Shown piece after piece: positions 26,970 to 36,993 of a stretch of DNA of 64,000 nt (position 1 is the stretch's first letter; each line of letters begins with the position of its first letter). The DNA comes from Candidatus Sumerlaeaceae bacterium (lineage in GTDB: Bacteria > Sumerlaeota > Sumerlaeia > Sumerlaeales > Sumerlaeaceae), in the NCBI GenBank assembly GCA_049968255.1, contig JBMFRB010000005.1, forward strand, positions 133,822 through 197,821, read 5' to 3'. The translations under genes were made by a program, and so were the position numbers. Below the pieces are notes generated by a model. That model made no database searches and was not told the DNA's origin. It was given only the letters and a program-made list of their open reading frames with translations.

Positions 26970-28135
26970 TGCTGCGCGGCGGAGACGTAAACAGCGGCCA
27001 CGCGCGCCGGACGCTGGGCGGGGAGCACATCGACCAGCTCGTACTCGCGCGTACCGACGCCTAGGCTTTCGAGATAGGCCGGCGCCTTGTACGGATCTTT
27101 GTAAGGGCCGTGCACCTGCTGGAAAGGATGGCCAGCATGGGGCTGGAATTCCATCGAGAGTGGCAGAGCCTCTTGGTCAATTCGATATTTAGCCGCCATG
27201 TCAAGCACGGCCGTGTCAACAGCCACGATGTCGTCGGAGCCAAAGACGCCGAGATCTGGGAGGATCGGCTGACCGGTGAACCCAAAACAATCACACACGG
27301 TGTGGATTTGGGTAGCGAGGTTAATGAACACCGCCTTGCCCGGTTCAAAAGTTGAAAGGACGATTTTCGCAGATATGGCGCATGCCTCCTGGAATGCCCA
27401 GAAGTTCTCAGGTCGAATAAACAAAGACCCCTCTGGGGCCACCTTGAGGCAGCGCCCGCATTGGTTGCACATTTCGTAATGTAGGTGAAGATGCCCCGGG
27501 CGATCCTTGTCCTCTACTAACGCCTCGAACGGACACGCGTCCATGATCGCTTTGCGTTTGTCAGTGTCTGTGCACTTTTCGGGAAACCAGTAGGGGTCGA
27601 AGTGGTTTGTGTCGTGAATGGCGCTTCGTGTGGGGGTCATCATGCACCCGAGGGCAAGATTCTTGATGGCAGCTCCAAACCCGCAAGAGGGATGGCCTTT
27701 CACATGGGCCAGGTCAATAAGGAAAGTTGCGTCAGCAATCATGCCTCCGAGTCGCCACTCTTCGATGTTCTTGTAGAGGTACTTGTGGACATAATAATAC
27801 TTTTCGTCCGGGCCGCCCACGGGATAGATCGAACAGCCCAAAGTCTCGGGTGTGTAGCCGCGCTGGGCGGCGGTGGCAACCGCTCCCGCCAAATCGGTCA
27901 CGAAAGGCTTTCCCCCGCCATCGAGCACAGCTTTTACCACCCGGCGCACGAAAACGGGGTGAATCGTTGAATAACCAACGTTGCCGCCGAGGTGCATTTT
28001 GATCGCGACTGTTTCCCCCTTGACGCGGTCACGCAGATGGAGCGCGTCGAGAATTTTGTCGAGTTTCATGGGAAGGGTTTCAGTGGCATCGAGCCGCGAT
28101 TGCTTAGGAGACCCGTAGAACACCTTGGCTGCCAT
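26966..28135 (-). CDS. DUF362 / 4Fe-4S domain protein
   Basis: VAIKMH.G, LAHVKGH...GFGAAIKNLALGC, partial ferredoxin motifs (ACP, CNQCGRC), CDC and GSDDIVAVD. Confidence 0.82.
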   Translation of the reverse strand: MAAKVFYGSPKQSRLDATETLPMKLDKILDALHLRDRVKGETVAIKMHLGGNVGYSTIHPVFVRRVVKAVLDGGGKPFVTDLAGAVATAAQRGYTPETLGCSIYPVGGPDEKYYYVHKYLYKNIEEWRLGGMIADATFLIDLAHVKGHPSCGFGAAIKNLALGCMMTPTRSAIHDTNHFDPYWFPEKCTDTDKRKAIMDACPFEALVEDKDRPGHLHLHYEMCNQCGRCLKVAPEGSLFIRPENFWAFQEACAISAKIVLSTFEPGKAVFINLATQIHTVCDCFGFTGQPILPDLGVFGSDDIVAVDTAVLDMAAKYRIDQEALPLSMEFQPHAGHPFQQVHGPYKDPYKAPAYLESLGVGTREYELVDVLPAQRPARVAAVYVSAAQH

Positions 28136-28392
28136 CGTTGCTTTGCCTCCGTCGAAAAATCTTTTAGTTTCTAAATATCAGCTAACCTAATAGAACGTTC
28201 AAAATCTTTTTAGCCCAACCTCGCAAAGGACTGTGGGGTGGAGCGCAGAAAGGGGCCGTGGGCAAGTTAGGGTGGGCCTAAGGGGGATGGAAAAACGAAC
28301 GGCGATGCGAATCGGACTTGACGTAGCTCTTTTTCTAGACTGCCACACGGTCTGTGGAAAATTTTGCGTTATTCGTGCGAGGGACTCGGGGA

Positions 28393-28866
28393 ATGCAAAG
28401 TGCGAAAGAATCGGATGTGGCGACGCGGTGGCAGATTGAGCCGGTGAATTGGAACTCGCCAACAGCCGAATACCTGAAAGCAATTCGCTTGCAGGTGTTT
28501 GTGGAGGAGCAGGGTTTTTCACAGGAGGAAGAGTTCGACCAGTTTGATGAAGAAGCCTACCACGTGCTTGCTCTTGATCCCCAGGGCAAGCCGTGCGGGA
28601 CGGGAAGGCTCTATCGCGATCTCTTGCATCCAGGTTCTGCTCGGATTGGGCGAATGGCTGTGCTGAGCCAGGCGCGCAGAACTGGTTGTGGCCGAGCCAT
28701 TGTCCGGCACCTTATCGCTGAGGCGAAGAAACGCGGTTTTCGACGCATCGTGCTTAGTGCCCAGGAACATGCCATAGGGTTCTATCAACGCCAAGGATTT
28801 ACACCCACAGGACCCCACTATCTTGACACGCACGTGCTGCACCAGGACATGGTGCTTTATTTGTAA
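28393..28866 (+). CDS. GNAT acetyltransferase (ElaA/YjcF-like)
   Basis: IRLQVFVEEQ, EEFD..D, RIGRMAV...RRTGCG and LSAQ..A..FY...GF motifs. Start uncertain (28354 or 28393). Confidence 0.88.
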   Translation: MQSAKESDVATRWQIEPVNWNSPTAEYLKAIRLQVFVEEQGFSQEEEFDQFDEEAYHVLALDPQGKPCGTGRLYRDLLHPGSARIGRMAVLSQARRTGCGRAIVRHLIAEAKKRGFRRIVLSAQEHAIGFYQRQGFTPTGPHYLDTHVLHQDMVLYL

Positions 28867-28996
28867 GCAGACCTGCGGCCGATAATCGAAAGCTCGCGTT
28901 GCAGCGAAACACAAGAAGCGGTGGCTTGCTAGAAAGTTCGGACATTGTGCAGATTTTCGGACGAGGGGCATAGTCGAAAGCTAAAGGAGTGATCAT

Positions 28997-29914
28997 ATGA
29001 GCAAGCCCAATTTCCCCCACGAGTTTCACCCTTACGTCATCGGAATCGGCGAAGTTCTTTGGGATTTATTTCCGGATAATCGCCGCGTGGGAGGGGCGCC
29101 GCTAAATTTTGCCTACTTCTGCGGCCGGTTAGGAGCACGAAGTGCGGTGATTAGCAGGGTGGGCAAAGATGAGGAGGGACGAGCGCTCATCGAAGCCATC
29201 GCGCAGCTCGGCGTAGAAACGTCACTCATTCAGGTGGACCAGGAAAAACCGACGGGAATGGTGCGTGTGACGGTTGGCCCGAACGGGATCCCGGAATTCG
29301 AGTGCCCGGAAGATACTGCATGGGATTATATCGAGGCAACTGCCGAGGCCATGGAAGCCGCCAAAACAGCGGACATTCTTGGTTTCGGCACTTTGGCACA
29401 ACGAAAAGACCCGTCGTGGAAAACAATTCATCGTTTACTAGCACAAGCAAAACCCGAGTGTTTGCGCGTCTGCGACGTAAACCTTCGGCAGCAGTACTAC
29501 TCGCCCGAGTTCCTGACCGAGAGCTTCATTCAGTCTGATATAGTGAAACTCAACGAAGTGGAACTTGGGATCGTGAAAAATGTGTTGAAAATCGGGCCTA
29601 GCGACGACCAGGCGGCTAGACACTTGGTGGAGACATTCGACCTCACCGCTCTCGTACTCACGCTTGGCCCGCATGGCGCGAAAGCTTGGTCGGAAAACGA
29701 TTACGCGGAACAGGCCGGACTCGTGGTGCGAGTACGCGATACCGTGGGTAGCGGAGATGCCTTCGTGGCCACCTTTGCCATGGAGATTGCGCGTGGCAGC
29801 TCGCTCGCCAATGCGCTTTACTGGGCAAACACCGCAGGGGCGTACCTGGCAACCCAAGTCGGTGCCACGCCGGAATTCAGTTGGGAGCTGCTGCGCAGTT
29901 TTTCTCGCCGCTAA
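28997..29914 (+). CDS. PfkB-family carbohydrate kinase (fructokinase-like)
   Basis: GIGEVLWD, GGAPLNFA, DVNLR, KLNEVE and DTVGSGDAF motifs. Confidence 0.92.
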   Translation: MSKPNFPHEFHPYVIGIGEVLWDLFPDNRRVGGAPLNFAYFCGRLGARSAVISRVGKDEEGRALIEAIAQLGVETSLIQVDQEKPTGMVRVTVGPNGIPEFECPEDTAWDYIEATAEAMEAAKTADILGFGTLAQRKDPSWKTIHRLLAQAKPECLRVCDVNLRQQYYSPEFLTESFIQSDIVKLNEVELGIVKNVLKIGPSDDQAARHLVETFDLTALVLTLGPHGAKAWSENDYAEQAGLVVRVRDTVGSGDAFVATFAMEIARGSSLANALYWANTAGAYLATQVGATPEFSWELLRSFSRR

Positions 29915-30096
29915 GCAGGCATCGAGGCCAAACAGATAGGACCCCCTCTGGGTCGGCGTCAGGTTCCTTTTTGATTTGAAATCATGCCAGGCTCTACTGC
30001 ACCAATAAAGGTTTTACGAAGAGTGGCGGGCAAGATTTGCGTTGTGAGTGTCGAGCAATTACAACAACCTGGCAAAATGATAAAAAGGATATAAAA

Positions 30097-31407
30097 ATGA
30101 TGGGCATAGTAGAAGAGATTCGTGGCACTTCCTTGGGTTCACCGCAGGATGAGAATGGCGTGGCGCAGGGCTTGCGGTGCACGACAAATCTGGTGCATCG
30201 TACGTGTTTGCTGGCATTTTTCGCGGCTGCGATCTTACTCATTTCAGCTACGGCGCTCTACGCGCTACCCGCCAAAGGAGTTTGCCCGATCAATAACCGC
30301 GAGTATATTGCGGCCGTGCGCAAGCTCGTGCAGCATGCGCATTCCAGCATCGCGATTATGCTCTATCAGACGCGCTTTTACGAAGAGTACCCCGACACGC
30401 AGACGAACCATCTGCTGCGTGATCTCATCGAAGCGAAACTGCGCGGGGTGGACGTGAAAATCCTCATAGACACCGGTTCGTGGAACCCGAGCAGCAAAAA
30501 CGAATATAACTTGGATTTCGTGGATCGGCTGACGACTTCCGGAATCGAGATCTGGGAGGATTCGCCTGAAGACGTGAGCCACGAGAAGGTGATCTGCGTG
30601 GATGATGATTTCACGGTCGTGTCATCGCACAACTGGACCTACTACTCGATTGCAAAGAACAACGAGGTGGCCGTGGTGATTGAATCGCAGCCGGTCAATG
30701 AGTTTTTCCGCCACTACTTTACGCTGCGGTGCAACGAGGGGAAGCCGCTGCGCAATGCCAAGGGAGCACCGCAGTGGCCAACTCGCACGCCAGGCTCTCG
30801 GCTGTCAGTTGAGGAGCTGGGGCTGCGCATGTATCCTGTGGACGACGTGACACCGATGACAAACCGTGTGTTTTTCCCCACAATGCACGAAGCTCTGCTG
30901 TCCGCAACGCGTTCGATCACGGTTGTGCAGCGAAGCATTACCATGGCCGACCGCCCACACCCCATGCCGGGTGAAAAGCTTTTGCCAGGCCGGCCGGCGA
31001 GCGAAGTCAATGTGCTGCTCGATGACCTCATTGCGGCACACAAACGAGGAGTGGATGTGACGGTGGTGCTGGACCAGACAGAAGATTTTCAGGACTCGAC
31101 GAATGACGAAACTGCGGACTACCTGAAATCTCATGGTGTGCGCGTGCTACGCGACGACCTGCAAACGCAGACCCACGCAAAGCTTGTGGTCATCGACGAT
31201 CGCTGGGTGTCCGTGGGATCAACGAACTGGACTCCGCCTGCACTGGAATCGGGCAACGAAGCAAGTGTGCTCGTAACCGGTGCGGCCATAAATAAAGTGT
31301 ATCGCGATTATGTACAGGCAGTGTTGGAGAATGCCGCACCCTATCAGAAGGTCGCGAAGGACATCTGGAAAACCCCTTCGGCAAGCCGTTCAAAGCCCAA
31401 GCGTTAG
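30097..31407 (+). CDS. Exported phospholipase D-superfamily protein with two HKD domains
   Basis: HEKVICVD...SSHNWT...NNE and HAKLVVID...GSTNWT...GNE. Hydrophobic signal/anchor ending ATALYA. Start uncertain. Confidence 0.85.
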   Translation: MMGIVEEIRGTSLGSPQDENGVAQGLRCTTNLVHRTCLLAFFAAAILLISATALYALPAKGVCPINNREYIAAVRKLVQHAHSSIAIMLYQTRFYEEYPDTQTNHLLRDLIEAKLRGVDVKILIDTGSWNPSSKNEYNLDFVDRLTTSGIEIWEDSPEDVSHEKVICVDDDFTVVSSHNWTYYSIAKNNEVAVVIESQPVNEFFRHYFTLRCNEGKPLRNAKGAPQWPTRTPGSRLSVEELGLRMYPVDDVTPMTNRVFFPTMHEALLSATRSITVVQRSITMADRPHPMPGEKLLPGRPASEVNVLLDDLIAAHKRGVDVTVVLDQTEDFQDSTNDETADYLKSHGVRVLRDDLQTQTHAKLVVIDDRWVSVGSTNWTPPALESGNEASVLVTGAAINKVYRDYVQAVLENAAPYQKVAKDIWKTPSASRSKPKR

Positions 31408-31557
31408 TTGGTATTGGGTCCGAAGGCTACGATTGTTACCAGTGAGCGACTGGGTGTCAGGGAGGAGCATTCCCACACACTCGTATGTTGAATGCGCGGG
31501 GATTTCCCTTCAAAAGTACGAGGCACGAGAGCCACAAGCCGTAGGAGTAAACAAGCT

Positions 31558-33300
31558 ATGCCCCTAAACGACGAGGCCATGCCCAGAGCAACCCCAAATG
31601 TTGCCGCATCCGGCGAAGGAGGTGGCGACGAAGAAGATTTCGAGCAATTGCTCGAGTCTTACCTAGCCGAAACGCCGCACGTCGAAATCGGAAAGTTGAC
31701 GCAAGCGCGTGTCATTTCAATTTCGAAAGAGTACGTGCTGGTGGATGTGGGCGATAAAGCCGAGGGCATCGTCCCCATTAGTGAATTCACGGATTACCAC
31801 GGGCAGGTGAGCGTGAAAGAGGGGGACATAGTCGATGTTGTTATCCGCGGCCGTGACCCGGAAACGGGCCAGGTGCTTGTCTCACGCGAGCAAGCAAGGC
31901 GGCAGGCCTCGTGGCAGAAAGTGGCTGAGGCGCAGGAGAAGAACTATCCCGTCCACGGCTTCGTCACAAAAGTCATTCAGGGCAAAGGCTTGCTCGTGGA
32001 CATCGGCGTCCCCGCCTTCATGCCAGCCTCGCAAATTGATCTCCGTCCTGTTGAAAACCTGAACTCCCTGCTCGGACAGGAAATTGATGCGTACGTCCTT
32101 TCTGTGGACAAGGTTCGTGGACGCATCACGATCTCACGGCGCAAGCTTCTGGAAGAAGAGGCTGCAAAGAAGCGAGCGGAAATTCTCGCCTCGCTCGAAG
32201 AAGGCGCCACGATTACTGGCAAAGTCAAAAGCCACACCGAATTCGGCGTGTTTGTGGATCTTGGAGGGCTGGACGCGCTTGTCCCGCGCGAGGAACTGGC
32301 GTGGGAAAAGCGTGTGGACCCTGCTGAAACTTTGCGGCTTGGTTACAATTACAAGTTCAAGGTGATCAAGGTTGATCGCGAGCGCGAGCGGGTGACGCTT
32401 AGCCGCCGTCAGCTTAAGCCGGATCCATGGTTAAAAATTGAAGATGATTATCCGCTTGAGCTGGTGGTGCGCGGCAAGGTGACCGCCATAACTCCGCAAA
32501 CCGCGTTCGTGGTGCTCGACTCTGGGATTGAAGGCCGTATCCGCCGCGAGCATCTGAGCTGGGCGCTCACGGTGCGGCGGCCATCGGACCTTCTCAAGGT
32601 GGGCGACGAGGTCAAAGCGGTGGTCATCGGCTACGATAAAGAGCGCCGGCTGCTGGATCTGAGCCTCAAGCAAGTGAGTGAAGATCCTTGGAAAGATATT
32701 GAGAAGAAATATCCCGTTGGCAGCCGCGTAAAGGTGAAAGTCACGGACGTTGTGGCCTACGGTGCATTTGTCCAGCTCGACGAGACAACAAAAGGGCTCA
32801 TTCACGTTTCGGACATGAGCTACGATAAGAATTTCCGTGACCCGAAAAAACTCGTAAAGCCTGGCGAGGAAATCGAAGCCGTTGTGCTGGCCATTGAGCA
32901 CGAGCGACGCCGAATTAATCTTGGGATCAAGCAGCTTGAAGACGACCCGTTCGCAGTGTTCGTGAACAATCACCCCGTAGGCAGTGTGGTGACGGGCCCC
33001 GTGAAATCCATTACGTCCTTCGGTGCCTTCATCGAGCTAGCCCCCAAGATCCAGGGGCTGCTCCACGTTTCCGAGTGGGGCAAGGAGCGGGTGGAGAACT
33101 TGGAGACTGTGCTCAACAAAGGCGACGAAGTCACAGCAAAAATCATAAAGATCGATCCCGACGAACGAAAGATTTCCTTGAGCCGTAAGAGGTACCTTCA
33201 GGATCTCGAGCGCAAGGAAATCGAGGAGTACCGCGAGCAAGGTCCGGTGGATGCCACAACCAAGCTGGGCGATCTTCTAAAGCAACTGGGGTTGAAGTAA
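31558..33300 (+). CDS. rpsA: 30S ribosomal protein S1
   Basis: Six S1 repeats (DVGDKAEG, AFMPASQIDLRP, FGVFVDLGG, YGAFVQL, FGAFIEL). AGGAG RBS before ATG 31558. Confidence 0.95.
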   Translation: MPLNDEAMPRATPNVAASGEGGGDEEDFEQLLESYLAETPHVEIGKLTQARVISISKEYVLVDVGDKAEGIVPISEFTDYHGQVSVKEGDIVDVVIRGRDPETGQVLVSREQARRQASWQKVAEAQEKNYPVHGFVTKVIQGKGLLVDIGVPAFMPASQIDLRPVENLNSLLGQEIDAYVLSVDKVRGRITISRRKLLEEEAAKKRAEILASLEEGATITGKVKSHTEFGVFVDLGGLDALVPREELAWEKRVDPAETLRLGYNYKFKVIKVDRERERVTLSRRQLKPDPWLKIEDDYPLELVVRGKVTAITPQTAFVVLDSGIEGRIRREHLSWALTVRRPSDLLKVGDEVKAVVIGYDKERRLLDLSLKQVSEDPWKDIEKKYPVGSRVKVKVTDVVAYGAFVQLDETTKGLIHVSDMSYDKNFRDPKKLVKPGEEIEAVVLAIEHERRRINLGIKQLEDDPFAVFVNNHPVGSVVTGPVKSITSFGAFIELAPKIQGLLHVSEWGKERVENLETVLNKGDEVTAKIIKIDPDERKISLSRKRYLQDLERKEIEEYREQGPVDATTKLGDLLKQLGLK

Positions 33301-33408
33301 ATTCGGCGCCGAAGACGGTGCCTGTCGTGCGGGGCGGGGGGCGAACACCCCACATGCGGGTGTGGCACTTAGTTAGTGCATATCTGCGGTGGGAAAGGAA
33401 CGCTGCGC

Positions 33409-35094
33409 ATGAGTACGACGATCGAATACCGCGGGGGAGATTATTTCACGTTGCGCTTCCCTTATCATCGTCATTTCTTGCGTTTTGTGCGCAATCTCGC
33501 TCGCCGCGAGTGGGACCCCGAGGACAAGTGCTGGCACATCCACATCGCTCATTTACGCGATGTGATGGACCTTTTCCAGTTCCGCAAGGAAGAGCTGCCC
33601 GCAAAGCTGTGGCGTGCTTACATGATCTATCGCATTCGCACGACGCGTCTGCGCGTGAGCGTTGGGCCCACGGTGGCACGGCTCGAAGGAACAAACATCC
33701 CCATTGAGGAGATCGTGCAAAAGACCTCCTATCTAGTTCCTGGACATCAATACAATCCGCTGTTCATTGGTGGGCGCTGGGATGGAAAAAAAAGCCTGTT
33801 TGATCGGCGGCAGTTGACGTTCCCTGCGGGCCTAAAGGATCGCGTGTGCGAAGTCCTGCGTGCTCACAAAATTCCATTCGATGTTTGTGAGGAGGTCACT
33901 CCTCCGTCTCCTTCGATCAGGTACCGAAAACTGCGATTCGAGCTCCGAGACTACCAAGAAAAATGCGTGGCCGCAGCGCTTGATTCCAAACGGGGGGTAC
34001 TCGAGCTTGCGACGGGAGCAGGAAAGACGGTGATCGCCGCGCAAATTATCAGCGAGCTGGGGTTGCCCACCATTTTCTTTGTGCACACGCGGGACCTGCT
34101 TCATCAAACGCACGAGTTTTTTCAGGCCCACTTGCACAGCAAAGTAGGCCTGGTCGGTGACGGGCACGTGCATCTGGCGCCCCTTACGGTGGCCACTCTT
34201 CAGACCGTCGGCAAAGCATTCGATATCTCTATTCCGGCTCCCACTGACGAGGAGGGTCAAAGCGAAGAGGATGCAACAGACGTTTCGCGCGTGAAAAAAC
34301 GCCTCATCAGCTTTGTGCAAGAATGCCCAGTGGTGTTTTTTGATGAATGCCACCACATTCCAGCCGAAAGTTTCTACTCCTTAGCGATGCGCACAGGCGG
34401 TGCGGTGTTTCGCTACGGGTTGAGTGCCACGCCCTACCGCGCTGACAAGCTCGATCTGCTGCTCGAAGCGGCTATCGGCCCGAAGGTATTTCGCGCAAAT
34501 GCCAGTAGTTTGATCGAGAACGGCTATCTTGTGCCTCCCGAGATCACGTTTCTTGCCCCCTCTGCCTATCGCTTTGCGTCATCGCGCCATTTGGACTACG
34601 CCACTGTATTTTACGAGTATGTAGTGGCAAACCCCGAACGAAACGAATTGATCGTGAAAACAGCACGCAAACTCGCCGCCCAGAATAAAAGCGTGCTGAT
34701 TCTCGTCTCGCAGGTGGTCCATGGCGAACGACTCGCTGCGCTTATGCCTGAGGCCGCGTTCGTGCAAGGAAATGATTCGGCGACGAAACGGCGGCGAGTC
34801 TTCCGCAAGCTTGAAACCAAGGAACAGCCTCTAGTTATCGCGACCTCACTGGCAGATGAGGGGCTCGATGTGCCTACGCTTGATGCGGTCATCCTTGCGA
34901 GTGGTGGCAAAAGCGAGACACGAACGCTCCAGCGTATCGGTCGTGTGCTGCGTCCGGCACCGGGCAAGGAAAAGGCTCACATTATTGACTTCTTCGACAA
35001 TGCGCCATTTCTCAAAGATCATTCGTTGCGCCGTTACGAGCTCTATTCGACTGAACCGCTTTTCACGGTGAGAACTGAAGGCTTCACCATTTAG
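33409..35094 (+). CDS. SF2 DNA helicase (UvsW/XPB-like) with N-terminal HARP-like domain
   Basis: LRDYQ, ATGAGKT, DECHH, GLSATP.R.D, EGLDVP and QRIGRVLR motifs. N-terminal LRFPY...VRNL..REWDPEDKCW; PGHQYNPLF..GRWDGK. Confidence 0.88.
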   Translation: MSTTIEYRGGDYFTLRFPYHRHFLRFVRNLARREWDPEDKCWHIHIAHLRDVMDLFQFRKEELPAKLWRAYMIYRIRTTRLRVSVGPTVARLEGTNIPIEEIVQKTSYLVPGHQYNPLFIGGRWDGKKSLFDRRQLTFPAGLKDRVCEVLRAHKIPFDVCEEVTPPSPSIRYRKLRFELRDYQEKCVAAALDSKRGVLELATGAGKTVIAAQIISELGLPTIFFVHTRDLLHQTHEFFQAHLHSKVGLVGDGHVHLAPLTVATLQTVGKAFDISIPAPTDEEGQSEEDATDVSRVKKRLISFVQECPVVFFDECHHIPAESFYSLAMRTGGAVFRYGLSATPYRADKLDLLLEAAIGPKVFRANASSLIENGYLVPPEITFLAPSAYRFASSRHLDYATVFYEYVVANPERNELIVKTARKLAAQNKSVLILVSQVVHGERLAALMPEAAFVQGNDSATKRRRVFRKLETKEQPLVIATSLADEGLDVPTLDAVILASGGKSETRTLQRIGRVLRPAPGKEKAHIIDFFDNAPFLKDHSLRRYELYSTEPLFTVRTEGFTI

Positions 35095-36932
35095 GCACTG
35101 CCCACCCCGTTGCCGATGACAACGGCTGACATCCATCCGCGCACAGAATTGATGAGCCAGAGTCGATCTGCGCGTCTTAGCTCCATTCGGCTGAGGCGAC
35201 GCTCGCGGATTTTCCCTGAGGCAATTAGGACGCTCCTGAACACGCCTGGCAGCAAGCCGCACTCGATGGGTGGCGTAAAGAGTTGGCCATCGAGCTCCAC
35301 AACAACATTGGCGATCGTGGCTTCCGTGAGGTAGCCAGCTCTGTTGAACAGCAGAACATCATCCACCTCTGGAAAAGCGTGGCGAGCGCATTCAATCGCT
35401 TGCTGATAGATCTGACGCTGTGTTGTCTTATGATAGAGAAGAACTTGTGTTTCATCCACAGGTTCGTTGGCCAGCGCCAGGCGCAAGGGATAAGTTAGCT
35501 CGTGGAGCTCTTTGGCTTCGAGCCGCACTTGGCCAGTGGGCCCATAAAGGAGGCGCACGCGAAGAGGCTTAGTCGCTCCGCGATTTTCTTGGGCGAATTT
35601 GTTCAACGCGCGTTCAACTGCCCCAGGATTCCAGACGAAGTCGAAATAGCGCGCGGATGCTTCAAGCCGAGCCATGTGTTCGGCAAGAAAATCGAAGTTG
35701 TCGTTTGCGTAGCGCAGAGTTTCTAGGAGCTCGAAAGGGGGAAGTGGCGGGGTAAAAAGCACTTGCGCTTTGGCAAGACATTCGTCGTGTTCGCCTTCAC
35801 AGTCGGAATCGGCTGTGACTCCGCTTCCCACGTGGTAACGTGCTGTCGCGCTCTTTTTGTCGAGCACAAGGGTGCGAATTGGAACAGAGAATCGCGCTTT
35901 GCGTCCTGGCGCAATCCATCCAATCGCCCCGCAATAGATCCAGCGCGGCCAGGGTTCCAGGTCGCGAATAATCTGCATGGTTCGGATTTTCGGCGCGCCG
36001 GTCACTGACCCGCAGGGAAACAGCGCCCGAAAGATCTCCGAGAGAGGCGCTCGCGTGCGAGAGGTGATGGTGGAAGTCATCTGCCAAACGGTAGGATATC
36101 GCTCGACGTCGAACAAACGCAGAACTTCCACGCTTCCCACATCGCTCACGCGCCCCATGTCGTTTCGGAGAAGATCCACGATCATGAGATTCTCCGCCTG
36201 CTGTTTAGCCGAAGAGCGAAGGAGGCACATGGCGGCCTCGTCGGCTTTGGGCCAGAGAGCGCGGGGCACAGTGCCTTTCATCGGCCGTGTAGAGAGGCGG
36301 TCACCGTCAAGTTCGAAGAAGAGTTCGGGCGAGGCGCTGGCGATCACAAGCGATCCTAGATCAAAATAAGCTGCCGTATCACATGGCTGGTTGCGCTGTA
36401 GCGCTCTGAAGATCCGAAGGGGGACTTCTTCGAAAGAGCCCTCGAGCGGAAATGCGTAATTCACCTGATACGTGTGACCACGCTCGATATAAGCCTTTAA
36501 GATAGCAAGAACCCTGCTGTAGTCGACACGAGAGAGAAGCGGACGCCAGCGCGCAGGGCGAGGAATAGCAACTTCCGCGTATTCGCAAATTGTCGAGTAT
36601 TCCGGAGGCGTGTGAAAAATTCCCCAAACAGCGTAAGGCCATCCTAGGGGCAACGGATGCACTGCATGGGCCGAATCAAAAGCACACGCTGCTTCGTAGG
36701 CAAGAAAGCCAACCGCGATTGCTCCGGCTTCGACGCGCGATTCGACAGCTTCGAGGATGGGAATCACCTCAGAGGCTGACCAGGCAATATACACATCCGT
36801 CGCAGAACGGAACAGAAACTCCCCTTGCGCATGGAAAGCGCCCCCACATGCTTGCGCGAGAAGTTTGCTTGCAGGCAGACGTGCTTCAATAAGAGTGAGC
36901 TCATGAGCAGCTGTGTGCGGCCTTTGAGTCAT
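35091..36932 (-). CDS. pabB: Aminodeoxychorismate synthase component I fused to a class IV aminotransferase (ADC lyase)
   Basis: GHTYQVN, SASPELFF, PMKGT, AENLMIVDLLRNDMG and FPCGSVTGAPK, followed by the PabC-like LLETL, HKTT.R, TEATIAN and GLLPGVFR. Confidence 0.92.
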   Translation of the reverse strand: MTQRPHTAAHELTLIEARLPASKLLAQACGGAFHAQGEFLFRSATDVYIAWSASEVIPILEAVESRVEAGAIAVGFLAYEAACAFDSAHAVHPLPLGWPYAVWGIFHTPPEYSTICEYAEVAIPRPARWRPLLSRVDYSRVLAILKAYIERGHTYQVNYAFPLEGSFEEVPLRIFRALQRNQPCDTAAYFDLGSLVIASASPELFFELDGDRLSTRPMKGTVPRALWPKADEAAMCLLRSSAKQQAENLMIVDLLRNDMGRVSDVGSVEVLRLFDVERYPTVWQMTSTITSRTRAPLSEIFRALFPCGSVTGAPKIRTMQIIRDLEPWPRWIYCGAIGWIAPGRKARFSVPIRTLVLDKKSATARYHVGSGVTADSDCEGEHDECLAKAQVLFTPPLPPFELLETLRYANDNFDFLAEHMARLEASARYFDFVWNPGAVERALNKFAQENRGATKPLRVRLLYGPTGQVRLEAKELHELTYPLRLALANEPVDETQVLLYHKTTQRQIYQQAIECARHAFPEVDDVLLFNRAGYLTEATIANVVVELDGQLFTPPIECGLLPGVFRSVLIASGKIRERRLSRMELRRADRLWLINSVRGWMSAVVIGNGVGSA

Positions 36933-36993
36933 CGACGCCAGTGTACCGGATTATCGTATTTGAATTTCGACGAAGCACCGGAGTTTTCCTAAA

